Part shown: piece after piece, positions 22,666 through 31,950 of the stretch
How positions within the stretch are numbered: position 1 is the first letter of the stretch
Layout: each line of letters starts with the position of its first letter
NCBI GenBank assembly: GCA_963666865.1
Contig: OY763072.1
Location: 842,572 to 906,571, forward strand
Direction: 5' to 3'
Length of the DNA stretch: 64,000 nt
Source: Dehalococcoidia bacterium
GTDB taxonomy: Bacteria > Chloroflexota > Dehalococcoidia > Lucifugimonadales > UBA3495
Program-made: the position numbers and the translations under genes
Notes under the pieces: generated by a model
What the model was told of the DNA's origin: nothing
The model's database searches: none
Seen by the model: only the letters and a program-made list of their open reading frames with translations

Positions 22666-24528
22666 ATGAAGATCGCCGTCTGCGTTAAATTTGTCCCCGT
22701 AGTTTCGCGCATCGAGTTCGACTATGAGAACAAGGTGATACAACGGGAGGGTGTGCCGTCGGAGATTAATCCCTTCGACCTGTTGGGCATCAACATGGCG
22801 GTGGACCTGAAAGACGGCGATGCAGACTCAATAATCGCTTTGTCAATGGGTCCACCCAACGCCGCCGAGGGCCTCACGCAGTGCTACGCGCTGGGCGCCG
22901 ACCGGGCCTTGCTGCTGTCCGACCGGGCATTGGCCGGCAGCGACACGCTGGCGACGGCGCAGGCCCTGGCCCTGGCCCTGCAGCGTGAGGCTCCCGACCT
23001 CATCGTCTGCGGACGCAACAGCAGCGACGCCGAGACCGGCCAGGTGGGGCCGGAAGTCGCTGAGCTGATGGGACTGCCCCACATCAGCAACGTCCGCAAG
23101 CTGGAGGTGGACCGCTCCGCTAACCGCATCACGGTCGAGCGCGTGACCGACGAGGGCTATCAGGTGCTGGAATGCGGGCTGCCCGCAGTGGTGTGCGTCA
23201 CGGAAGGGGCCGGCCAGGAACGCTATCCGGGTCGGGAGGAAATGGCCGAGGCGGAGGGCAAAGCCATTGAGCAGTTGACCTGCGCTGATTTGACCGATCC
23301 GCCACAGGCGGACTTGTTCGGACTGGAAGGCTCGCCCACGTGGGTTGAGGACATCCGCCTGGTGGAACCCGACCGGCTGGGTGTGGTGATCCGGGACGAG
23401 ACGCCGGAGGACGCGGCACGGCAAGTCGCTGATATGCTCCGGGAACGGCTGGCCACGATAACCGCCGCAGGAGAGCAGGGTTCCGGCGACGCGGCGGCGG
23501 TGCGCTACGCCGGCGGGGACCGAAGCATCTGGGTGTTGGCGGAGTTGGCGGGTGGCGGCGTGCGGCAGGTTACGCTGGAAATGCTGGGCAAGGCCCGGGC
23601 GCTCGCTCCAATCACCCAGAGCGAGGTGGTAGCGGTTGTTATAGGCGAAGGTGCGCCGGATGAGGCCATCACCGGGCAATTGGCGGAGTACGGCGCCGAC
23701 CGCATCCTGACGCTGGATACCACCGGGCTGGGTATGCTCTGCGGTCGCGGCGTGGCGGACACGCTGTCCGATGCCATCGCGCAATCCGCCTCCGGCGGAC
23801 CCTACGCCGTGCTGTTCGCGGCCACCGCCGACGGGCGGGATCTCGCCGCCCGCATCGCCGCCCGGCAACGCCTTGGCCTCACTGGCGACGCCATCGACCT
23901 GGAGATCAACGACGCCGGCCAGTTGGTGCAGTTGAAACCGGCCCTGGGCGGCAACGTGGTTGCGCCCATTCTGTCCAAAACCCTGCCGAACCTGGTCACG
24001 CTGCGGCCGGGCGTGCTGACGCCGGCAGCGCCGGAACCGGGTGCGACGGCGCCCGTAGAAGCCATCGCTCCATCACCCGCCGCCGGCTCCGACGCAACAT
24101 TGGTCAGCGAGCATCTTTCCGAGGAACACGGCGCGCTGGAACTCACCTCCGCCGAGGTGGTGGTCGGCCTCGGTATGGGGGTGACGGAAGAGGGAGTGCC
24201 CGCCGCGCAGAAGTTGGCGTCAAGCATAGGCGCGTCCATCGCTACGACCCGCAACGTGGTGCATTCCGGCTGGCTGCCGCATCACATCCAGGTGGGCATC
24301 AGCGGGCGCACCATCGCGCCGCAGGTCTATCTGGCGGTGGGCATCCGGGGAGCGTTCAACCACACCGTCGGCATACAGAAAGCCGGCATTATCCTGGCCA
24401 TCAATCGCAACCACCGGGCGGCCATCTTCCGCGCCGCCGACTACGGGATAGTCGGCGACTGGAACGAATACCTGCCGCCGCTGGTTGAGGCCATCGGCCC
24501 GGTACTGGCGGAGCACGGGCTGGGATGA
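22666..24528 (+). CDS. fused electron-transfer flavoprotein, EtfB (N-terminal) plus EtfA (C-terminal), 620 aa
   Basis: N-terminal MKIAVCVKFVP...NPFD...GPEVAELMGLPH (beta subunit). C-terminal PQVYLAVGIRGAFNHTVGIQKAGIILAINRN (alpha subunit FAD site). Confidence 0.8.
   Translation: MKIAVCVKFVPVVSRIEFDYENKVIQREGVPSEINPFDLLGINMAVDLKDGDADSIIALSMGPPNAAEGLTQCYALGADRALLLSDRALAGSDTLATAQALALALQREAPDLIVCGRNSSDAETGQVGPEVAELMGLPHISNVRKLEVDRSANRITVERVTDEGYQVLECGLPAVVCVTEGAGQERYPGREEMAEAEGKAIEQLTCADLTDPPQADLFGLEGSPTWVEDIRLVEPDRLGVVIRDETPEDAARQVADMLRERLATITAAGEQGSGDAAAVRYAGGDRSIWVLAELAGGGVRQVTLEMLGKARALAPITQSEVVAVVIGEGAPDEAITGQLAEYGADRILTLDTTGLGMLCGRGVADTLSDAIAQSASGGPYAVLFAATADGRDLAARIAARQRLGLTGDAIDLEINDAGQLVQLKPALGGNVVAPILSKTLPNLVTLRPGVLTPAAPEPGATAPVEAIAPSPAAGSDATLVSEHLSEEHGALELTSAEVVVGLGMGVTEEGVPAAQKLASSIGASIATTRNVVHSGWLPHHIQVGISGRTIAPQVYLAVGIRGAFNHTVGIQKAGIILAINRNHRAAIFRAADYGIVGDWNEYLPPLVEAIGPVLAEHGLG
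23785..23799. repeat. TCCGCC-N3-GGCGGA palindrome (loop TCC), the only copy outside an IS
   Basis: tccgcctccggcgga, in frame (SASGG) inside etfBA. Confidence 0.8.
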
Positions 24529-24629
24529 GTTTCCCGATACTCGGACTTACCACCAGCGATATGGCCCTAATCAGGCAATGAAACTGACGATTGATCGGAC
24601 CGCATGCATCTGGAGAAGGGGAAGACAAT

Positions 24630-25232
24630 ATGACGCAGGCCAGTCGATTGCGGAGCGGCAACGTAACCGCGCCCACTACCGGAGTTTCTGTTTACCAAGC
24701 CATCCATGACCGGCGGATGAACAACGAGTTTTCTGCCGAGGTTCCACCCCGGGAGGCGCTGCGGCGTATGCTCGAGGCGGCGGTGTGGGCGCCCAACCAT
24801 CGGCTCACCAATCCGTGGCGGTTCTTCGTGTTGGAGAAGGGTGGAGCCAAACGCGCCGAGGTGGCGCAACTGGCCTACGACAATCTCTTCGCCCGCAGCG
24901 ACAATCACGAGAACGCCGACGGCAGCCGTCAGCGGGTGCTGGATTCGCCGGCCCTGATCTATGTGTACAGCGTTCCAGGCGACAGCGAGGAAATGACCCA
25001 GGAGAACTACGCCGCCGCTTGCTGCGCCGTCCAGAACCTGCTGCTGGCCGCCGTGGCCGAGGGGCTGGCCGGCGACTGGAGCACGGGCAACACCACGCGG
25101 CACCCGAACCTGGCCGAGACGATGGGAGGTGAATCGGATTGGACGATGGTGGGCGCGCTGTTCATCGGCTACCCGTCTCGGCCCTCCGCTTCCGTGCGGG
25201 CGCCGGCTGACGAAGTTACGGCGTGGTTGTAG
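24630..25232 (+). CDS. nitroreductase-family oxidoreductase
   Basis: EAAVWAPNHRLTNPWRFFVL motif. GGAGAAGGGGA precedes ATG 24630. Confidence 0.75.
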   Translation: MTQASRLRSGNVTAPTTGVSVYQAIHDRRMNNEFSAEVPPREALRRMLEAAVWAPNHRLTNPWRFFVLEKGGAKRAEVAQLAYDNLFARSDNHENADGSRQRVLDSPALIYVYSVPGDSEEMTQENYAAACCAVQNLLLAAVAEGLAGDWSTGNTTRHPNLAETMGGESDWTMVGALFIGYPSRPSASVRAPADEVTAWL

Positions 25233-25298
25233 GGGCAACCCTTGTGGTTGCCCAACGGCAGGGGAGGCCACCCACGGGGCGACCACAAGGGTCGCCCC
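25229..25298. repeat. pair of inverted REP-like hairpins (GTAGGGGCAACCCTTGTGGTTGCCC ... GGGGCGACCACAAGGGTCGCCCCTAC)
   Basis: Two near-identical hairpin units in opposite orientation, directly after the nitroreductase stop. Confidence 0.75.
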
Positions 25299-25357
25299 TA
25301 CAAGTTGCCCGACATACGCTATACTAGCCCGCGATTTGTCTAGCGAGGAGCCTTGCC

Positions 25358-25864
25358 ATGGCCTGGAATGACATCATTGTTGAAACACTGAAGAAGTGGG
25401 ATACGTCGCTGATCGCGTACGTGCCCGACATCTCCATCGACCGGGTGACCAGCCTCATCGAGGCCGATCCGTACTTCCACCTGGTGTCCTGCACCCGCGA
25501 GGAGGAGGCCGTCGGCGTGGCGGTGGGGAGCTACGCGGTGGGCCGCAACGCCGCCGTGTTCATGCAGTCCAGCGGATTCGGCAACAGCATCAACGGCATC
25601 GCCAGCCTGTGCCTGCCGTCTCGCACGCCGATACCGATCTTTATGAACTTGCGCGGTCAGGTGGGCGAATTCAATATTGCCCAGGTCGCAATGGGACGGA
25701 ACACCAAGCCTATCCTGGATCTGTTCGGCATCGCCCACTACACCATCGAGAGCGAAGACCGCATGGATACGCTGCTGGACGGCGTGATGAAGCTGTGCCA
25801 CGCCCACCGCAACCCGGTGGCGATTTGCATGACCCCGATGCTCCACGGAGGCAAAATTGCTTAG
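25358..25864 (+). CDS. ThDP-dependent decarboxylase alpha subunit (sulfopyruvate/phosphonopyruvate decarboxylase-like)
   Basis: 168 aa N-terminal PYR domain; split-gene arrangement with the next ORF. Confidence 0.6.
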   Translation: MAWNDIIVETLKKWDTSLIAYVPDISIDRVTSLIEADPYFHLVSCTREEEAVGVAVGSYAVGRNAAVFMQSSGFGNSINGIASLCLPSRTPIPIFMNLRGQVGEFNIAQVAMGRNTKPILDLFGIAHYTIESEDRMDTLLDGVMKLCHAHRNPVAICMTPMLHGGKIA

Positions 25865-26414
25865 GTTCGACGCCACCCAAATGGTCCTGCGCCACGCCGG
25901 GGATTCCCCCATCGTGGGCAACCTCGGCCCCACCAGCGACGAGTTGTACCACGCCGGCCACCGGGACCGGAACTTCTATACCTACGGCAACATGGGGCTC
26001 TGCTCGTCCATCGCCCTGGGGATGGCCCTTTCCACCGACGACAAGGTGATTTCCCTGGACGGCGACGGGTCTCTATTGATGAACCTGGGTACGATAGCCA
26101 CCATCGGGCGGGAGAACCCGACCAACCTGGTCGTCGTCGTATGGGACAACGAAGCCTGGGCGCAGACCGGCGGCCAACCCAGCCACACCTCCACCAACAC
26201 CAACCTGGAAGAAGTGGCGAAATCCTGCGGCATCGCCAAGACCGTCACGGTCAGTGATCTGGAAACGCTGGAGGAAGCGTTCGGACGGGCCATGGCCGAG
26301 CCGGGCCCATGGTTCATCGTCGCCAAGATCGAGGAGGCGGAGCAGTACATGCCCGTCGCGCCGGTGGAGCCGGAGTTCACGCTGTACCGTTTTCGGAATA
26401 CCTACGTGGGGTGA
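25857..26414 (+). CDS. ThDP-dependent decarboxylase beta subunit
   Basis: GDGSLLMNLG ThDP-binding motif. Overlaps the alpha subunit by 8 nt (TTG start). Confidence 0.6.
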   Translation: MLRFDATQMVLRHAGDSPIVGNLGPTSDELYHAGHRDRNFYTYGNMGLCSSIALGMALSTDDKVISLDGDGSLLMNLGTIATIGRENPTNLVVVVWDNEAWAQTGGQPSHTSTNTNLEEVAKSCGIAKTVTVSDLETLEEAFGRAMAEPGPWFIVAKIEEAEQYMPVAPVEPEFTLYRFRNTYVG

Positions 26415-26426
26415 TGGGGAGTTCAA

Positions 26427-27458
26427 ATGAGCACTGGCGACAAATGGCTGGGGGAAGTAGCCCAGCGGATGAAAGAGGAGATGGAGGGTGGTAACGCCCC
26501 AGGCCCGGAACGCCTTACCGTTCGTGAACTTATCGGCAAGTATGGCTACGTTGTGCGGAAGGGGTATGTAAACAGCCGTATCCAAAACCGACTGGAGGAA
26601 CTGAATTTGCGCTCCGTGCCGGATTTCGCCATCGTTTGGGCAGGCACAACAGTTTCAATTGAACTGGATCCGGAGTTCAATGGGGTGTTTCCGGATTCAA
26701 ACCGCCCCGATCCCACCCATAGAATCGATTCACTCGGCGCGGCGCACAACAAGCCGATGAGTGTACACTCCAATGACCCTCTCATCACCGCTACGACAGT
26801 GATGCAGTTGCACGGTTACTCGCAGCTGCCTGTAACGGACACACCGGATACTCCCCGCACAGTGAGGGGAATTATCAGTTGGCAGTCTATCGGCACACGG
26901 TTGGTACTGGGACGTGATTGCCAAACGGTTAGTGACTGCATGGAACCCGCTCGGGAGATTTCCAAAGATGCCACTTTACTTGAGGCTGTCAGCATCATTG
27001 CAGAGCACGGTTACGTGTTGGTCAGAGACAGACAGGCGGGAAACATCATCAGCGGGATCGTCACGGTCAGCGACCTTGGCGAGCAGTTCGCGCAACTGGC
27101 CGGCCCATTCCTACTTGTCGGAGAGATAGAAGGCCACCTGAAAAACCTTATCCATCGGAAATTCACTCTCGCGGAGTTGAGAGGCCAGTCTAACGCTGAC
27201 GGACCCGGCAAGGAAATAAACGGCACAGCTGACCTCACGCTTGGCGAATATTGCCGACTGTTACAGAACCCAGGCAATTGGGAACGCCTGAATCTGAAAA
27301 TCGACCGGGGAGTATTTTCAGAGCACCTGGACACCGTGCGTGAGATACGAAACAATATAATGCACTTCAACCCTGATGGAATTGATGACGAAGATATACG
27401 TGTCTTACGGGACGTTGCCCGCTTCTTTGAGGACTTGGTGCGGATAGGGGCGATGTAA
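26427..27458 (+). CDS. three-domain protein: unrecognised N-terminal domain, CBS pair, C-terminal Swt1-like HEPN domain
   Basis: CBS-like LITATTVMQLHGYSQLPV and LEAVSIIAEHGYVLV. C-terminal VREIRNNIMHF (R-x4-H). Lower GC than both flanks. Confidence 0.55.
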   Translation: MSTGDKWLGEVAQRMKEEMEGGNAPGPERLTVRELIGKYGYVVRKGYVNSRIQNRLEELNLRSVPDFAIVWAGTTVSIELDPEFNGVFPDSNRPDPTHRIDSLGAAHNKPMSVHSNDPLITATTVMQLHGYSQLPVTDTPDTPRTVRGIISWQSIGTRLVLGRDCQTVSDCMEPAREISKDATLLEAVSIIAEHGYVLVRDRQAGNIISGIVTVSDLGEQFAQLAGPFLLVGEIEGHLKNLIHRKFTLAELRGQSNADGPGKEINGTADLTLGEYCRLLQNPGNWERLNLKIDRGVFSEHLDTVREIRNNIMHFNPDGIDDEDIRVLRDVARFFEDLVRIGAM

Positions 27459-27762
27459 AGTCGCAATCAACTGGTAAATAAGGAAAAGCCCCGGAGTAGT
27501 CTGGGACTTTTATACGGATTGGGAACTACCCCGGCCCTCAACGGCGATCCGTACCACTCCGAAACCGCCGCCCGCCGGCTCTGCCGGCGTTCAACGAAAA
27601 GCGACTACTGCGCAGTCCTTTTCGCCGGCCGTAACCATCCCCAATCTCATCTTGATGCTATACCACCCTGGTATCTCAGTCAACGTTTGCCAGCCCCGCC
27701 CGGTTGGTCTATCATTGGGACAGGCGGCTGGGGCCGCCGACTTACGCTTGTGGCGCCAGGAG

Positions 27763-28809
27763 ATGACCAGCCCGATGACCCAAGCTAACGTTACCGATAG
27801 CGCAGTTGCCGTCGCCATCGATGGAATTGGCGCTGAGCTGCCCGAGGGTTTGACTGCCGCCGACCTGGTTGAGGTTTGCCGCCAGATGATCCTTGTCCGC
27901 ACCATGGACGAGCGGATTTGGATGATGAACCGGCAGGGCAAGGTTCCCATCGCCGCATCGTCCCAGGGACACGAGGCCGCCGAGATGGGATCGCTGCTGG
28001 CCGCGCAGAAGGACGGCCACTGTTTCCTGTTCCCATACTACCGGGATTTGGCCCTTAAAATGTCCGCTGGGTTGACGCCGCGCCAGGTCATGCTTTCGTT
28101 CATGGGCAAGGAGGGGGAACCATATTCCGGCGCGCGTCAGTTCCCGCTGCAGGGCGCCGACCTGCCCCGGAACATCATCCAAATCTCCAACGTGGTCGCG
28201 GCTGGCCTCACTCAGAGCGTTGGGTACGCCCTGGGCAGCAAGATGATGGGCGAGCCAACCGTGACCATCTGCTACTTTGGAGACGGCGCGTCCAGCCAGG
28301 GCGAGACCCACGAAGCCATGAACTTCGCTTCCATCCACAAACTGCCCGTCCTGTTCATCTGTGAAAACAACAAGTACGCCATCTCCACGCCGCTGGAGGC
28401 GCAGATGGTCGTCAGCGACGTGGCCGCCCGCGCCGAGGGGTATGGGTTCCCCGGCTTCGTCATCGACGGCATGGACTTCGTCGCCTGCTACGAAGCGACA
28501 CGCCAGGGCATCGAGCACGCCCGACGCGTTGGGCCGGCGTTGGTCGAGATGAAGGTAGAGCGGTTCATGCCCCACACCACCGACGACGACGACCGCCGCT
28601 ACCGGGACCGGGACGCCCTGGACGCGGCCCGTCAATTCGACCCCGTGACAATGTTTCCGTCGCAGATGCTGGAGCGCGGTATCGTAACGCAGGAACAATT
28701 GGAAGAATTCCGCGCGGACGCGCTGCATCAGGTCAACGATGCCACCGACTTTGCCGACGCTGCCGAGCCCCCGGACGCATCCACCATCTACGATCACCTG
28801 TACGTTTAG
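27763..28809 (+). CDS. 2-oxoacid dehydrogenase E1 component alpha subunit
   Basis: ThDP motif YFGDGASSQGETHEAMNFA. Start ambiguous (27763 or 27775). Confidence 0.85.
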   Translation: MTSPMTQANVTDSAVAVAIDGIGAELPEGLTAADLVEVCRQMILVRTMDERIWMMNRQGKVPIAASSQGHEAAEMGSLLAAQKDGHCFLFPYYRDLALKMSAGLTPRQVMLSFMGKEGEPYSGARQFPLQGADLPRNIIQISNVVAAGLTQSVGYALGSKMMGEPTVTICYFGDGASSQGETHEAMNFASIHKLPVLFICENNKYAISTPLEAQMVVSDVAARAEGYGFPGFVIDGMDFVACYEATRQGIEHARRVGPALVEMKVERFMPHTTDDDDRRYRDRDALDAARQFDPVTMFPSQMLERGIVTQEQLEEFRADALHQVNDATDFADAAEPPDASTIYDHLYV

Positions 28810-28822
28810 GAAGGGCCACGTT

Positions 28823-29806
28823 ATGCCGGAAATGACTGTAATCGAAGCGGTGCGTTCCGCCCTCCACGAGGAAATGGAACGGGACGAGCGCGTGTTCGTC
28901 ATGGGCGAGGACGTAGGTCAGCGCGGCGGCGTTTTCCTGGCGACTCAGGGGTTCATTGAGGACTTCGGCCCGCAGCGGGTTATCGACACTCCCCTTGCCG
29001 AGGCGTCCATCATGGGCATCGCCCTGGGCGCGGCGTTCCGCGGCATGAGGCCCATTCCCGAAGTGCAGTTCTCCGACTTCGTCTGGCCCGGCGTCAACCA
29101 GTTGATCGGCGAGGCGGCCCGCGCCCACTATGGCACCAACGGCGCGCTGAAGGTTCCCATGACCGTCCGCATCCCCTACGGCGGTGGGATCCGTGGTGGC
29201 CTGTTTCACTCGCAGAACGTAGAAGCCCTGTTTTTCCACACGCCCGGTCTGGTTGTGGTCACCGCCTCGACGCCCTACGAGGCTAAGGGCCTGCTCAAGT
29301 CGGCCATCCGCGACGACAATCCGGTGATTTTCCTGGAGCACAAGAAGACCTACCGACTGGTGCGCGGCGAGGTGCCGGATGAGGAATACACCCTGCCCAT
29401 CGGCCCGGCGGACGTGAAACGTGCCGGCTCCAACGTAACGGTGGTCAGCTATGGGCTGGCGATGCACTACTGCCTGGCGGCAGCGGCAGCCGTGGCCGGC
29501 GACGGCATCAGCACGGAAGTGGTGGATCTGCGGACGCTCAAGCCGTTGGACACGGAAACCATCCTGGCGTCAGTGCAGAAAACCGGCAAACTATTGGTGG
29601 TTCACGAGGACAACATCAGCGGCGGCATTGGCGCTGAAATCGCGGCGTTGGCGGCGGACGAAGCATTCGAGTATCTGGACGCTCCCATCGCCCGGCTCTG
29701 CGGTCCCGACGTGCCTACCATGCCCTTTGCCCAGTCGTTGGAAGACGCCTATATGCCCAGCCCGGAGGCCATCGCCGCCGAACTGCGCCGGCTGGCCGCC
29801 TACTGA
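28823..29806 (+). CDS. 2-oxoacid dehydrogenase E1 component beta subunit
   Basis: MTVIEAVRSALHEEMERDERVFVMGEDVG, a typical E1-beta N-terminus. Confidence 0.9.
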   Translation: MPEMTVIEAVRSALHEEMERDERVFVMGEDVGQRGGVFLATQGFIEDFGPQRVIDTPLAEASIMGIALGAAFRGMRPIPEVQFSDFVWPGVNQLIGEAARAHYGTNGALKVPMTVRIPYGGGIRGGLFHSQNVEALFFHTPGLVVVTASTPYEAKGLLKSAIRDDNPVIFLEHKKTYRLVRGEVPDEEYTLPIGPADVKRAGSNVTVVSYGLAMHYCLAAAAAVAGDGISTEVVDLRTLKPLDTETILASVQKTGKLLVVHEDNISGGIGAEIAALAADEAFEYLDAPIARLCGPDVPTMPFAQSLEDAYMPSPEAIAAELRRLAAY

Positions 29807-29834
29807 TGGCACACCGGGACAAGCGAGGCCCGCC

Positions 29835-30551
29835 ATGACTTCCAAATTACGCCCGCCGGCATATCCGGAGACTGATCCGCTCTACCCACCCAACGAGGAG
29901 CCGCGTCCGGACGGAATGCGCCAGGAAATCGTCATTACCCAACAGTTGCACGTATTCAGAGAACTCTTCCGGGATCGCTCCGACGTGGTGATGAGCACCA
30001 ACAACTTCATTTACTACGAACAGGGCAACCCGCGCGCCCGCGTTGCGCCCGACTGGTACGTCTCATTTGGCGTCAACCCGGAGGCCATCATCAGCCGGGA
30101 ATCCTACCTGCTGTGGGAAGTGGGCAAGGTTCCTGAGTTCGTCCTGGAGATTGCCTCCAGAACCACCTGGCGCAATGATTTGGGCCGGAAACGCGACTTG
30201 TACGCCGCGCTGGGTATCACCGAGTACTGGCGTTTTGATCCCACTGGAAACCGTTACTATCCGGAACCTCTGGCCGGTGAACGCCTGATTGGTGGAGTGC
30301 ACCGACCCATTGAGACGAACACAGGCGCCGACGGCGTGATCAGCGGCTACAGCAGCGAGCTGGATGTTCTCATTTGTTGGGACAATGGGGAGTTTCGTTT
30401 GCGAAACCCACGCACCGGCGAAGACATACTCAGGTACGACGAAGAGCGGGCAGCACGGCTGGTTGCGGAAGCAGAACGTGATGCCGCCGCTGCGGAAAAT
30501 CAGCGCCTGCGTGAACGGCTGCGGCAGCTGGAAGCGCGAGACTCCGAATGA
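29835..30551 (+). CDS. Uma2-family (DUF820) endonuclease
   Basis: VAPDWYVSF...PEFVLEIASRTT...RKRDLYAALGITEYWRFDP PD-(D/E)xK-type core. Sits between the E1b and E2 genes. Confidence 0.8.
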   Translation: MTSKLRPPAYPETDPLYPPNEEPRPDGMRQEIVITQQLHVFRELFRDRSDVVMSTNNFIYYEQGNPRARVAPDWYVSFGVNPEAIISRESYLLWEVGKVPEFVLEIASRTTWRNDLGRKRDLYAALGITEYWRFDPTGNRYYPEPLAGERLIGGVHRPIETNTGADGVISGYSSELDVLICWDNGEFRLRNPRTGEDILRYDEERAARLVAEAERDAAAAENQRLRERLRQLEARDSE

Positions 30552-30561
30552 GGACTGACCA

Positions 30562-31950
30562 TTGGCTCAACTGATTGAACTGCCCCACGTCGGCGAAAGC
30601 GTCGTCGAGGGCACTATCGGCAAATGGCTCAAGCAGCCGGGTGACCGCGTGGAGCGGTACGACCCGCTGGTGGAGGTGGTCACCGATAAGGTGACCATGG
30701 AAGTCCCCTCGCCGGTGTCCGGGGAGCTGGTGCGCATAATAGCCCAGGAGGGCGAGACCGTTCCCATGGGCGCGCCTATCGCCGAGGTTGAAGACGGCAG
30801 CGGCCCGGCCAATGCCGCCGCGCCGGCGCCGCCGGCAGCTGCCACGTCGGCACAGCCGGCCTCTTCCACACCCGCATCATATCTCATCATGGACGCCCGC
30901 CCGGTGGGTCCAACGGGAGGGTCAGCGGTTGAAGCGCAGAGCCAGGAAGACGACGCCGTTCCTACCGAGGCCGTCCCGTCGGCGTTAACCCAACCTGCGC
31001 CTTCGGTGACCGTCGCTGCCGGCAGAGAACCTGCCGGCCAACGCGCGCCCAACCGCCTATCTCCGGCGGTGCGCCGCCTGGCCCGAGAACACAACCTGGA
31101 CGTCAGCCGCGTCGCCGGCACTGGTTTGGGCGGACGAGTCACTCGCAACGACGTGTTGCGCCACCTGGAAACGCAACCGACCAGCATCTCGCCACCCACC
31201 GCCCCAACTCCCAGCGCGCCGGCGCTAGCGCCCCAGCCAATGCCGGCCGGCGCCGACGAAGAGCGCATCCCGCTGACGCCGGTGCGACGGATGATCGCCG
31301 AGGCAATGGTGCGCTCCGTTACCCAGATACCCCACGCCTGGAGCATGGTAGAGGTTGACATCACCAACCTGGTCGGCCTCCGCAACCGGGAGCGCGAAAA
31401 GTTCCAACAGCGCGAAGGCGTCAATCTGACTTACCTTCCGTTCGCGCTCAAAGCGGTGGCGTCGGCCCTGAAAGACAACCCGACGCTGAACGCTAGCTGG
31501 GGCGAAGACCATATCGTGCTGAAACGGCGCATCAACTTGGGCATAGCCGTTGCCGCGCCCACCGGCTTGGTGGTGCCGGTAATCCACGACGCCGACCGGC
31601 TCAGCATCGCCGGCCTGGCCCACGCCGTCGCCGACCGGTCGGCCCGCGCTCGCGCCGGTTCCTTGCGTCTGGAAGACGTGCAGGGCGGCACCTTCACCGT
31701 GAACAACACCGGCGCGTTGGGTAGCGTCCTGGGCGGGCCTGTCATCAACCATCCCCAGGCCGGCATCCTGACCACCGAGGCGGTGCAGCAGCGGCCCGTG
31801 GTGATAAGCGACGCCATCGCCATTCGCTGGATGATGAACCTGTGCCTGTCCTTCGACCATCGGATCAACGACGGCGCAGAATCGGGAGCGTTCCTTCAGG
31901 CTGTCAAGGATCGCCTTGAGGCGATGGATGACGACACTCCCATCTACTGA
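30562..31950 (+). CDS. dihydrolipoamide acyltransferase (E2)
   Basis: Lipoyl domain (VVTDKVTMEVPSP), SPAVRRLA E3-binding domain, catalytic DHRINDG. Confidence 0.9.
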   Translation: MAQLIELPHVGESVVEGTIGKWLKQPGDRVERYDPLVEVVTDKVTMEVPSPVSGELVRIIAQEGETVPMGAPIAEVEDGSGPANAAAPAPPAAATSAQPASSTPASYLIMDARPVGPTGGSAVEAQSQEDDAVPTEAVPSALTQPAPSVTVAAGREPAGQRAPNRLSPAVRRLAREHNLDVSRVAGTGLGGRVTRNDVLRHLETQPTSISPPTAPTPSAPALAPQPMPAGADEERIPLTPVRRMIAEAMVRSVTQIPHAWSMVEVDITNLVGLRNREREKFQQREGVNLTYLPFALKAVASALKDNPTLNASWGEDHIVLKRRINLGIAVAAPTGLVVPVIHDADRLSIAGLAHAVADRSARARAGSLRLEDVQGGTFTVNNTGALGSVLGGPVINHPQAGILTTEAVQQRPVVISDAIAIRWMMNLCLSFDHRINDGAESGAFLQAVKDRLEAMDDDTPIY

